NCBI GenBank assembly: GCA_964605525.1 | Contig: CAZSCV010000007.1 | Location: 1 to 56,916 of the forward strand | DNA length: 56,916 nt | Source of the DNA: an uncultured Bdellovibrionales bacterium | Lineage (GTDB): Bacteria; Patescibacteriota; Minisyncoccia; Moranbacterales; UBA9337 | Direction: 5' to 3' | Part shown: piece by piece, positions 1-7,957 of the stretch | Layout: each line of letters begins with the position of its first letter | Numbering within the stretch: the stretch's first letter is position 1 | The notes under the pieces: generated by a model | Seen by the model: the letters and a program-made list of their open reading frames with translations, nothing else | What the model was told of the DNA's origin: nothing | The model's database searches: none | Program-made: the position numbers and the translations under genes

Positions 1-17
1 CGTATGTATAAAACATG

Positions 18-91
18 TGGGCGATCCAGGACTCGAACCTGGGACCTCAGCATTATCAGTGCTGCGCTCTAACCACCTGAGCTAATCGCCC
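18..91 (-). tRNA. tRNA-Ile(GAT)
   Basis: Reverse complement GGGCGATTAGCTCAGGTGGTTAGAGCG-CAGCA CT GAT AA TGCTG-AGGTCCCAGGTTCGAGTCCTGGATCGCCCA folds as a cloverleaf; CCA not encoded. Confidence 0.96.
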
Positions 92-169
92 GTTTTTTCA
101 ATAACCAAAATCAACTATTTTTACGCTAAGTGAAACTAATTCGTGTTTATACTGAGCGAAGTCGAAGTG

Positions 170-242
170 TGGACCGGACAGGACTTGAACCCGCTACCTC
201 CTCGGTGCAAACGAGGCGCTCTACCAGGTGAGCTACCGGCCC
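170..242 (-). tRNA. tRNA-Ala(TGC)
   Basis: Reverse complement GGGCCGGTAGCTCACCTGGTAGAGCG-CCTCG TT TGC AC CGAGG-AGGTAGCGGGTTCAAGTCCTGTCCGGTCCA folds as a cloverleaf. Confidence 0.95.
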
Positions 243-277
243 TAATTTTATTTTTAAGACTTTTTGTAAATGAATTT

Positions 278-331
278 TGGACGTGGCGCTCGAACTCTAT
301 CCGCCTTTGGTGGAAGGTGAGCTACCGGCCC
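278..331 (-). pseudogene. degenerate tRNA-Ala-like remnant containing a short palindrome
   Basis: 315-331 is identical to 226-242 (first 17 nt of tRNA-Ala). It ends GTTCGAGCGCCACGTCCA like a T-arm/acceptor end, and the middle is the hairpin tccgcc-ttt-ggtgga. Confidence 0.6.
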
Positions 332-359
332 AAAAAATGTTTTTAAATTTACCTTATGT

Positions 360-387
360 ATTATACATTTAAAAAATAATTTGTCCA
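360..387 (-). promoter_or_regulatory. sigma70-type promoter for tRNA-Ala/tRNA-Ile
   Basis: Minus strand TGGACA-N16-TATAAT. Confidence 0.6.
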
Positions 388-435
388 GTGTTAAGTTTGG
401 CTTGGCATTGATTTTTCAGCTTCTAATATGTGGAT

Positions 436-462
436 TTGACAAAACTTGAAATATGATATAAA
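436..462 (+). promoter_or_regulatory. sigma70-type promoter for secE-nusG
   Basis: TTGACA at 436-441; extended -10 TGaTATAAA at 454-462. Confidence 0.55.
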
Positions 463-511
463 TTTGGAATATCAATAAAGCCCCTGAGGGGCTTTTAAAA
501 AAGGGAAAAAT

Positions 512-694
512 ATGAATAAAATCATAAGTTTTATCAAAGAAGCCAAGGCGGAACTGATGAAGGTTAACTGGCCGACAAAAAAACAAACTATTAATTATAC
601 TTTAGTAGTTGTTTTATTGAGTTTGGTAGTGTCTGTTTTTTTGGGAAGTTTGGATTATCTGTTTAGCAGCATTTTGAAAGCATTTATTATATAA
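512..694 (+). CDS. secE: preprotein translocase subunit SecE
   Basis: 60 aa, ELxKVNWPTKK motif followed by a TM helix; upstream of nusG. Confidence 0.95.
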   Translation: MNKIISFIKEAKAELMKVNWPTKKQTINYTLVVVLLSLVVSVFLGSLDYLFSSILKAFII

Positions 695-704
695 TATTTT
701 TAAT

Positions 705-1250
705 ATGGCAAAGCAAACACAACATCATGGAAGGGCTTGGTATGTGCTTCATACTTATTCTGGATATGAAGACAATGTCTGTCGAAATCTCAAGCAAAGA
801 ATTGAGTCGATGGATATGCAGGATTTGATTTTCGACGTCATGGTTCCTACTGAAAAAAGAATTAAAATTAAGGCAGGAAAAAGAGCAGTAGTAGAAGAAA
901 AAATTTATCCGGGATATGTTTTGGTGGATATGATAGTAACGGATGCGTCTTGGTATGTGGTTCGAAATACCCCGAATGTTACCGGCTTTATCGGACTCGG
1001 AACAACTCCAACCCCGATTGACCCGGCGGAAATCCAGATGCTCAAAAAGAGAATGGGAGTGGCTGAGCCGAAATTTAAAATTGATGTAAAATCCGGAGAT
1101 TCTGTTAAAATTAACGAAGGACCATTCAAAGATTTTGACGGGAAAATCCAGGAAATTGACGAAGAGAAAGGAAAGGTTAAGGTTTTGGTTTCAATCTTCG
1201 GAAGAGAAACCCCGGTTGAATTGGACTTTTTGCAGATTAAAAAAATATAA
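705..1250 (+). CDS. nusG: transcription termination/antitermination factor NusG
   Basis: WYVLHTYSGYE NGN domain, YPGYVLV, KOW domain GPFKDFDG, IFGRETPVEL. Confidence 0.98.
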   Translation: MAKQTQHHGRAWYVLHTYSGYEDNVCRNLKQRIESMDMQDLIFDVMVPTEKRIKIKAGKRAVVEEKIYPGYVLVDMIVTDASWYVVRNTPNVTGFIGLGTTPTPIDPAEIQMLKKRMGVAEPKFKIDVKSGDSVKINEGPFKDFDGKIQEIDEEKGKVKVLVSIFGRETPVELDFLQIKKI

Positions 1251-1271
1251 TATTTTTAAAATTATCGTAAT

Positions 1272-1694
1272 ATGGCAAAGGAAATAATGACAGTTGTAAA
1301 ATTGCAAGTTCAGGCAGGAAAAGCCAATCCGGCTCCTCCGATTGGTCCGGCATTGGGACAGCACGGTCTTAATATCCAAGATTTTTGCGTCCGCTTTAAC
1401 GATGCTACCAAAGAAAGAATGGGAGATGTTATTCCTGTAGAAATCACCGTATATACCGACCGATCTTTTGATTTTATCATGAAAACTTCTCCTGCCGCCG
1501 ATCTTCTTAAGAAAGCGGCCAAGATTGAAAAAGGTGCCGGCAATCCGCTTAAGGATAAGGTTGGAAGCGTTACCAAGGATCAGGTCCGAGAAATTGCCAC
1601 AGCGAAAATGGAAGATTTGAATGCTGATGACATTGAGGGAGCGATGAAGATTATTGAAGGAACAGCGCGTTCAATGGGAATAACAATAAAGTAG
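1272..1694 (+). CDS. rplK: 50S ribosomal protein L11
   Basis: [18 protein letters not shown] and IEGTARSMG motifs. Confidence 0.98.
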   Translation: MAKEIMTVVKLQVQAGKANPAPPIGPALGQHGLNIQDFCVRFNDATKERMGDVIPVEITVYTDRSFDFIMKTSPAADLLKKAAKIEKGAGNPLKDKVGSVTKDQVREIATAKMEDLNADDIEGAMKIIEGTARSMGITIK

Positions 1695-1755
1695 ATTGTA
1701 TAATTAATTCGTTTCATGCTTCATATTTATTATGTGTTGTGTGAAGATAATATTT

Positions 1756-1789
1756 GTGGGAGAATTATCAAAAATAATTCGCTTACCAC
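1756..1789 (+). promoter_or_regulatory. putative ribosomal protein L1 autoregulatory binding site
   Basis: GTGG-GA-GAATTAT(caaaa)ATAATTC-gctta-CCAC: two helices around an asymmetric loop, 10 nt before the rplA ATG. Confidence 0.65.
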
Positions 1790-1799
1790 GAGAAACAAT

Positions 1800-2474
1800 A
1801 TGAAAAGAGGAAAAAAATATCAAGCAAGTGCTGAAAAAATTGATAAAAATAAGGTTTATTCTGTTAGTGAAGCGGTAAAATTGGTAAAAGAAAACAAGGT
1901 TGCCAAGTTTGATGAATCAGTGGAGGTTCATGTGCGAATGGAAATTGATCCGAAAAAAGGAGATCAGCAGGTTCGCGGAGCAACAGTCTTGCCGAATGGA
2001 ACTGGAAAAAGCAAAAAGATTGCAGTGGCTACCTTGACAAAAGCGGATGAAGCCAAGAAATCTGGAGCGGATATCGTTGGAGGTGAAGATTTGATTGAAA
2101 AAATAAAAAGCGGAAAAATTGAATTTGATATTTTAGTGGCGACTCCCGAAATGATGCCGAAATTGGCCGTGATTGCGAAAATCCTCGGACCGAAGGGATT
2201 GATGCCGAGTCCAAAGACAGAAACTGTGACGGAAAAAATCAAAGAAGCTGTGGAGATGCTCAAGAAGGGAAAAGTGAGTTTTAAAAATGACAACACTGGA
2301 AATTTGCATCAGGTGATCGGAAAGGTTTCTTTTGATGAAAAAAAGTTGGAAGAAAATTTTGTTTCTTTTATGGATGCTTTGAGAAAATCCAAGCCAACAG
2401 GAGTAAAGGGAAAATTTATTACCGGAATTACGATTTGCTCAACTATGGGACCAGGAGTAAAAGTTAATTTGTAG
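1800..2474 (+). CDS. rplA: 50S ribosomal protein L1
   Basis: KFDESVEVH, QQVRGATVLPNGTG, LGPKGLMPSPK, STMGPG; start moved to ATG 1800 (MKRGKKY). Confidence 0.97.
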   Translation: MKRGKKYQASAEKIDKNKVYSVSEAVKLVKENKVAKFDESVEVHVRMEIDPKKGDQQVRGATVLPNGTGKSKKIAVATLTKADEAKKSGADIVGGEDLIEKIKSGKIEFDILVATPEMMPKLAVIAKILGPKGLMPSPKTETVTEKIKEAVEMLKKGKVSFKNDNTGNLHQVIGKVSFDEKKLEENFVSFMDALRKSKPTGVKGKFITGITICSTMGPGVKVNL

Positions 2475-2506
2475 CTTGTAAATTTTTGGTATAGTAGGAA
2501 ATAAGG

Positions 2507-2535
2507 AAGCCTCGTCAAAAGCGAGGCTTTTCTTT
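2507..2535 (+). terminator. intrinsic terminator after rplA
   Basis: aagcctcg / cgaggctt stem followed by a T-rich tract. Confidence 0.75.
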
Positions 2536-2562
2536 ATGATGTTTCCATATTCCGTAGTTCTG

Positions 2563-2591
2563 TTGACATAAAAGGTTTTGTTGCGTAAAAT
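2563..2591 (+). promoter_or_regulatory. sigma70 promoter for the nucleotide-kinase cluster
   Basis: TTGACA-N17-TAAAAT. Confidence 0.7.
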
Positions 2592-2659
2592 AGTATACGT
2601 GCCTGGGAATGTCTTGTGAAAATTCTCAAAAGGCGCTAATTATTTTTTCATTTGAAACA

Positions 2660-3220
2660 ATGACAAAAAAAAGAATTGTAATCGGGCTAGTTGGAGCGAC
2701 TGGAAGCGGAAAGGATACCGTTGCTAAATATTTGAAAGAGAAGTATGACGTTCAATTGATGCGTTTTGCCGATCCGTTGAAAGAAACTCTTTCGATTTAT
2801 TTCGATGAATTTTCCAAGGAAGATCAGCAATGGCTGGCGGAAGAATTTATCAATCGCTTTGGACCGGATATCTTGCCACGCGCTCTTCGCAAAAGAATTG
2901 ATAATGGAGAAGGCGTGATTGTTGTTAATGGAGTGAGGCTCTGGGAAGATTTTCATTTTATCAAATCATATACTAACAGTTTTATTATTTATGTAAAATT
3001 GGATCAGAAAATTCGTTTTGAAAGAATTAAGGGTCGAGGAGAAAAGACTGATGACAATACCCTAACCTTTGAGCAATTCCAAAAATCGGAAAATGTTACC
3101 ACCGAGAAAGACGTTCCGACAATCGGAGAAAAGGCTGATTTCATAATTGATAATAGTAAAGATCTTGAATATCTTCTTTCTGAATCGGACAAGGTGATGG
3201 AAAAAATGATGAACGCATAG
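2660..3220 (+). CDS. P-loop nucleoside monophosphate kinase-like protein, paralog 1 (AAA_17/UPF0200/dNMP-kinase-like fold)
   Basis: N-terminal Walker A GLVGATGSGKDT, VVNGVR, lid RFERIKGRGE, ADFIIDN; start at ATG 2660. Confidence 0.85.
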   Translation: MTKKRIVIGLVGATGSGKDTVAKYLKEKYDVQLMRFADPLKETLSIYFDEFSKEDQQWLAEEFINRFGPDILPRALRKRIDNGEGVIVVNGVRLWEDFHFIKSYTNSFIIYVKLDQKIRFERIKGRGEKTDDNTLTFEQFQKSENVTTEKDVPTIGEKADFIIDNSKDLEYLLSESDKVMEKMMNA

Positions 3221-3451
3221 TTTTCTTGGAGAAAAGTAGATTGGAAATTTTTAGGATAATTTTAGGATGGAATATTTATATCGGATAAAACAATAAAATA
3301 TTTTCCTTCCAATTGTCCCTTTTGTTCGGTTTTTTCTGATTATTGCCAGTCTTCGTTTGATTAATGTGAGAAGGATTTATCCTGACTGCACAAAGACAGT
3401 GTAAGAAAAATATTTTATTGTTTTATCCTTAAGTTTGATTCTTGCATTTTT

Positions 3452-3997
3452 ATGAAAAAAATAATCTTAGGCCTGGCCGGCGAAGCGGCTAGCGGAAAAG
3501 GAACAGTTTCCAAATATTTGCAAGAAAAACATGGAGCGAAAGTCCGCCGTTTTTCTGATTTTTTGCGTATTACTTTGGATGCTTGGCATCTGGAGATAAA
3601 GCGAGAAAATCTCGCTAAGCTTTCTTTGATAATGCGCCAAGGTTTTGAGGAAGATGTTTTTTCTAAGGCGATAGTCCAGGGTGTTCTTGGCGACAAAGAA
3701 AATATTGTAGTTGTTGATGGAATCAGGAGAATTGAGGATATTGAAGATTTGAAAAAGCTGGAAGGATTCAAGTTTATTTATGTGGAAACGAGTTTGGAAA
3801 AAAGATATGAAAGAATAATCAAACGGGGAGAAAATTCGGATGACAAGACAAAAACTTTTGAGCAGTTCAAAAAAGACCACGAATTGGAAACTGAAAGAGA
3901 GATCACTTCTCTCAAGGAGATTGCGGATGTGGTAATCGAAAATAACAGCACTCCTGAAGAACTGCAAAAACAAATTGACGAATTGATTAAGAAATGA
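3452..3997 (+). CDS. P-loop nucleoside monophosphate kinase-like protein, paralog 2
   Basis: GLAGEAASGKGT, VVDGIRR, RYERIIKRGE, ADVVIEN. Confidence 0.88.
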   Translation: MKKIILGLAGEAASGKGTVSKYLQEKHGAKVRRFSDFLRITLDAWHLEIKRENLAKLSLIMRQGFEEDVFSKAIVQGVLGDKENIVVVDGIRRIEDIEDLKKLEGFKFIYVETSLEKRYERIIKRGENSDDKTKTFEQFKKDHELETEREITSLKEIADVVIENNSTPEELQKQIDELIKK

Positions 3998-4018
3998 TTT
4001 TGTCACTCAAGCATAGTG

Positions 4019-4063
4019 ATCTGCCAAGTTAACGCATATGCGATAATTTGGCAGATTTTTTTT
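4019..4063 (+). terminator. intrinsic terminator after kinase paralog 2
   Basis: atctgccaa / ttggcagat stem with inner gcatatgc, followed by a T run. Confidence 0.7.
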
Positions 4064-4154
4064 ATTCTAAATTCTCATAATCTTACTGTCGTGAGGTTAT
4101 GAAAATTTGAGAAGCGGTTGATTTTTGGGTGGTTTTTTGACTTAATCTCGGTGG

Positions 4155-4183
4155 TTGATTGGTTTTTTGGAGGGTGGTATAAT
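4155..4183 (+). promoter_or_regulatory. sigma70 promoter for dCMP deaminase
   Basis: TTGATT-N17-TATAAT. Confidence 0.6.
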
Positions 4184-4211
4184 AAAAAGGTAAAAAAATC
4201 TTTAAAAATAA

Positions 4212-4745
4212 ATGAAAAAAAGAATATCAAAAGACCAATATTATATGAATATTACGCGTGAAGTTGCCGGACGCACTCCTTGCTTTCGAGCGCATCACGG
4301 GGCGGTAATTGTTTGCGATGATCAAATTGTTTCTACTGGGTATAACGGCGCACCGCGAAAAACAAAGGATTGCTATGAAAGAGGGAATTGCTTGCGAAGC
4401 GAGCTGAATATTCCATCAGGACAGCGTTATGAATTGTGTCGTAGTGTTCATAGTGAGCAAAATGCGTTGATTAATGCTGCTCGCGCAGGAGTAAGTATTC
4501 TTGGCGGTACGCTGTTTTTATATTCAAAAGTTTTTGATAAGGAAGGTAATGAAAAAATAATCGATGCATATCCTTGTTTTATTTGCAAAAAAATGCTGGT
4601 TAATTCGGGAATAAAAAATGTAAAATGCAATCAAGAAGATGGCGCCATTAAGGAATATTTTATTGAAGATTGGATTCGGGATTGGCAAGAAAATGATCTA
4701 ATTGACGATGTGGAGCAATATGGAGCTAAGCTGATAAAAAAATAA
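4212..4745 (+). CDS. dCMP deaminase (ComEB/DCD family, Zn-dependent)
   Basis: GAVIV, STGYNG, HSEQNA (HxE) and PCFICKK (PCxxC) motifs. Confidence 0.92.
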   Translation: MKKRISKDQYYMNITREVAGRTPCFRAHHGAVIVCDDQIVSTGYNGAPRKTKDCYERGNCLRSELNIPSGQRYELCRSVHSEQNALINAARAGVSILGGTLFLYSKVFDKEGNEKIIDAYPCFICKKMLVNSGIKNVKCNQEDGAIKEYFIEDWIRDWQENDLIDDVEQYGAKLIKK

Positions 4746-4763
4746 TTTACAACTATATATTAT

Positions 4764-5318
4764 ATGGAAAAAATAATTCTGGGATTGGCCGGAGAAATTG
4801 CCAGCGGTAAAGGAACGGTAGCAAGGTATATTTTGGAAAAATATAAAGGATCTTCTCATAGATTTTCAACCGCTCTTCGAGATGTGGCAAAAAGAATGTA
4901 TTTAGAAGAAAACCGGGAGAATTTGCAAAAAATATCCACCATTTTTCGCGAAAATTTTCATGATAATATTCTTTCAGAAGTAATTTATCATGATGTTGAA
5001 AATGATAATCATAAGGTTATTGCGATTGATGGGGTGCGGAGAATAGCTGATATAGAATTTCTAAAAAAGATTCCGGAGTTTAAATTGGTATATATCAATA
5101 CGGATATGAAAAAGAGATATGAAAGAATAATTCAAAGAGGGGAGAATATGGATGATAATTCTAAAACCTTTGAGGAATTTAAGAAAGATCACGAAAGAGA
5201 AGCAGAACTGCAAATCAAGGGCTTGAAACAACGAGCGGATTTTGTGATTGATAATAATGGTAGTTTTGAAGAATTAAATTCTCAAATTGACAGTATTATT
5301 AAAAAATGCAATGATTAA
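4764..5318 (+). CDS. P-loop nucleoside monophosphate kinase-like protein, paralog 3
   Basis: GLAGEIASGKGT, IDGVRR, RYERIIQRGE, ADFVIDN; visibly closest to paralog 2. Confidence 0.88.
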   Translation: MEKIILGLAGEIASGKGTVARYILEKYKGSSHRFSTALRDVAKRMYLEENRENLQKISTIFRENFHDNILSEVIYHDVENDNHKVIAIDGVRRIADIEFLKKIPEFKLVYINTDMKKRYERIIQRGENMDDNSKTFEEFKKDHEREAELQIKGLKQRADFVIDNNGSFEELNSQIDSIIKKCND

Positions 5319-5382
5319 TCAGTTTTTTAATAAATTGGTTATAGGATAAATAAGAAGAACTTATCATTTAAGGAGAAAAACC

Positions 5383-6750
5383 ATGATCAGTGTAAAGCTA
5401 ATTGCTAAGACAGATGTCGATCCGATGGAGCTGTCCAGCCACGCGGCGCTTTCTTGCTATCAGGCGGAAGCACCGGAACTTGGAAAAAAAATTGATGTGG
5501 AAAACCGACTTTTTAATGTCGGTCATCATACTACCTTGCAACACAATTTTTTTACTTTTGCGATTGAAGGAATCGCGGTGGGTGACATTACTTTCGGTTT
5601 TCACTTGACTCACCCGTTCTATAATTCCGATCAAAGGTCAGGACGGTATTGCGCCAAGATGTTTTTGGAGCCGAATTTTTCGGAAATTGAAGGATATGTG
5701 AAAAAGTTTTGGCCGGAAATAAAATCAGTAGAACGAAAAAATGTTATTGCGTATATCAAAAAATCCGTTGGAATTTATCACAAAAACATTGCGCGAGCTT
5801 CGGAAATTTCCAAAGATTTCTTGAAAGCGGAAAGACCGTATATTCAAGAAAAATCATTGGAAATGAGTGCGCCAAAAATCGCGCAAGAGCAAATGAGGAT
5901 GTTTATTCCGGTGATTTTTCCAACTGCTTTCGATTATACGATCAATGACACGGTTTTGGCGGCGATGTACAGAATTGCATGGACGCCGTCTATGCGATTT
6001 GTTGTCGATCGGATGGTTACGGAAGTCCTGAAGAAATTTCCGGAAATCGCTTTTATGTTTTCCGAAAACAAAAAAAGCAAAAACAATTGGTCGCTGGAAA
6101 TTCCCAGTGTTTCGGCGGTGAAAATAAAATACAAACCACGGCACATTCTCTTGGATGTTTCTGGTGATAAGAACTTTATCGCGCCTGACGCGGAAAAGAT
6201 GCATCCGGTGGATCTTTTGCATTTTGATCCGATGATGATGAATAACTCGATCGGCGAGTTTAAAACTCGAACGGAAATTTCCATAGCGACTATGGGGCAA
6301 GATCAGCGACATCGAACTATCCGAAGAGGAATACCAAAATTTACCGGTTCATTTTATTTTCCTCCAATTCTTCGCAAGATGAAATTGGAAAATGAGGCGG
6401 AAAATCTTATGCGGGAATGGATAAAAATTTCAAAAACCATTCCTGGAACTTTAGCGATGATTTTGGCTCCTTATGGCACTATGGTGGCTTATGAAAAGGC
6501 AGGATCTTTCAACGCGGTAGCACACGAGCAAGCGAAAAGACTCTGTTGGTGTGCGCAAGAAGAAATCTATCACGCCGGGCGAGCGCTTCGGTTTGGAATC
6601 GAAAAAAAGAAAGGAAAGAATTCAAAACTTCTCCAAATGTTTGAGCCACCTTGTTATCGAGGTGGGAAATGTGCGGAGGGCGCGCGTTATTGCGGGCGGG
6701 ATTTGAAACTGCGAAAAACGGGAGATTTCTTTCCGAAAAGAAAAGTATGA
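5383..6750 (+). CDS. thyX: flavin-dependent thymidylate synthase with tandem Thy1 domains
   Basis: 455 aa. N-half has GHHTTLQH and QRSGRY; C-half has QDQRHR and KRLCWCAQEEI plus a PPC..GKC.EG..CG tail. SD AAGGAG. Confidence 0.8.
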   Translation: MISVKLIAKTDVDPMELSSHAALSCYQAEAPELGKKIDVENRLFNVGHHTTLQHNFFTFAIEGIAVGDITFGFHLTHPFYNSDQRSGRYCAKMFLEPNFSEIEGYVKKFWPEIKSVERKNVIAYIKKSVGIYHKNIARASEISKDFLKAERPYIQEKSLEMSAPKIAQEQMRMFIPVIFPTAFDYTINDTVLAAMYRIAWTPSMRFVVDRMVTEVLKKFPEIAFMFSENKKSKNNWSLEIPSVSAVKIKYKPRHILLDVSGDKNFIAPDAEKMHPVDLLHFDPMMMNNSIGEFKTRTEISIATMGQDQRHRTIRRGIPKFTGSFYFPPILRKMKLENEAENLMREWIKISKTIPGTLAMILAPYGTMVAYEKAGSFNAVAHEQAKRLCWCAQEEIYHAGRALRFGIEKKKGKNSKLLQMFEPPCYRGGKCAEGARYCGRDLKLRKTGDFFPKRKV

Positions 6751-6760
6751 ATAGTATAAT

Positions 6761-6789
6761 GCTGCCTCGGGTGATTGGGGCAGCTTTTT
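6761..6789 (+). terminator. intrinsic terminator after thyX
   Basis: gctgcctc / ggggcagc stem followed by TTTTT. Confidence 0.7.
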
Positions 6790-6819
6790 GTTATTTTTTA
6801 AATATGTTAGAATGAAATT

Positions 6820-7518
6820 ATGAGTAAAAATAAGCGAGGAAAATTTATTGTGCTGGATGGAACCGACGGCAGTGGAAAAGCTACGCAGACAAATATTTTA
6901 GTGAAAAAATTAAAGAAAGAGGGAAAAAAAGTGAAAACCATAGATTTTCCTCAATATAAGGATAATTTTTTTGGAAAAATGATCGGAGAATGTTTAGTTG
7001 GGGATTATGGAGATTTTATTGCAGTTGATCCTCATATCGCTTCAGCACTGTATGCTGCGGATAGATGGGAATCGAGTGAAATGATAAATAAATGGATAAG
7101 TAACGGATATATTGTAATAGCTGACAGATACACCAGTTCAAATCAGATTCATCAAGGAGGGAAAATAAAAGATTCAAAAAAGAGAAGAGAATTTCTAAAA
7201 TGGTTGGAAAAAATGGAATTTGAAGTTCTTAGGATTCCAAAACCGGATGCGATTGTCTATTTAGATGTTCCCTATGAAATTACAAAAAAATTATTGCAAG
7301 AAAAAAATGCTATAAATAAAAAAAAATATTCTATTGGAAAAAAAGATTTGGCTGAAAATAACAAAAAACATCTCAGTGATTCAAGGAAAAGTGCAATAAA
7401 ATTAGTCGGGGAATGTAATAATTGGATTAAAATAGATTGTGTTAAAAAAGGAGAAATGATGAGTATTGAAGAAATAAACGAGATTATTTGGAGTAAAGTT
7501 AGACAAATTATAAAATGA
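6820..7518 (+). CDS. tmk: thymidylate (dTMP) kinase
   Basis: FIVLDGTDGSGKATQ, DFPQY, YAADRW, IADRYTSSN, PKPDAIVYLDV. Confidence 0.93.
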   Translation: MSKNKRGKFIVLDGTDGSGKATQTNILVKKLKKEGKKVKTIDFPQYKDNFFGKMIGECLVGDYGDFIAVDPHIASALYAADRWESSEMINKWISNGYIVIADRYTSSNQIHQGGKIKDSKKRREFLKWLEKMEFEVLRIPKPDAIVYLDVPYEITKKLLQEKNAINKKKYSIGKKDLAENNKKHLSDSRKSAIKLVGECNNWIKIDCVKKGEMMSIEEINEIIWSKVRQIIK

Positions 7519-7940
7519 AAATTCAAGTAAAGAAAATAGAAAACAGCGCAATAGTTCCACGACAAATGCAAGAAGGCGATGCCGGTATGGATATTTTTTC
7601 CAACGAAGATGTTATTTTGCATCCAGGAGAGAGAATTTCTTGTAGATCTGGAATTGCTATAAAAATTCCAGCAGGATACGTTGGACTTATTTGGGACAAA
7701 AGCAGTGTTTCTCAAAAAAGCGGAATAAAAACATTGGGCGGTGTTATAGATAGTAATTATACAGGAGAATGGTTTATTGGACTTGTGAATTTAAGCCAGG
7801 AAGATTATGCTATTAAAAAAGGTCAGAAAATTGCCCAGGTGATTTTTCAAAAAATTGATGTTCCGGAGATTGAATTAGTTGATGAATTGCCGGAAACAAA
7901 TCGTGGCGATGGAGCATTTGGAAGTACGGATAAAAAATAA
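7515..7940 (+). CDS. dut: trimeric dUTP diphosphatase
   Basis: GDAGMD, GVIDSNYTGE, IAQVIF, RGDGAFGST; ATGA overlap with tmk. Confidence 0.96.
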   Translation: MKIQVKKIENSAIVPRQMQEGDAGMDIFSNEDVILHPGERISCRSGIAIKIPAGYVGLIWDKSSVSQKSGIKTLGGVIDSNYTGEWFIGLVNLSQEDYAIKKGQKIAQVIFQKIDVPEIELVDELPETNRGDGAFGSTDKK

Positions 7941-7957
7941 TAAATCGAGATATTTTT

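Noticed and set aside
143-346. 67-aa ORF
   Set aside because: Antisense to tRNA-Ala and its remnant
3330-3410. Riboswitch upstream of kinase paralog 2
   Set aside because: Only short stems (cagtc/gactg, aggat/atcct); no purine, 2'-dG, preQ1, ZTP or THF aptamer consensus recognised
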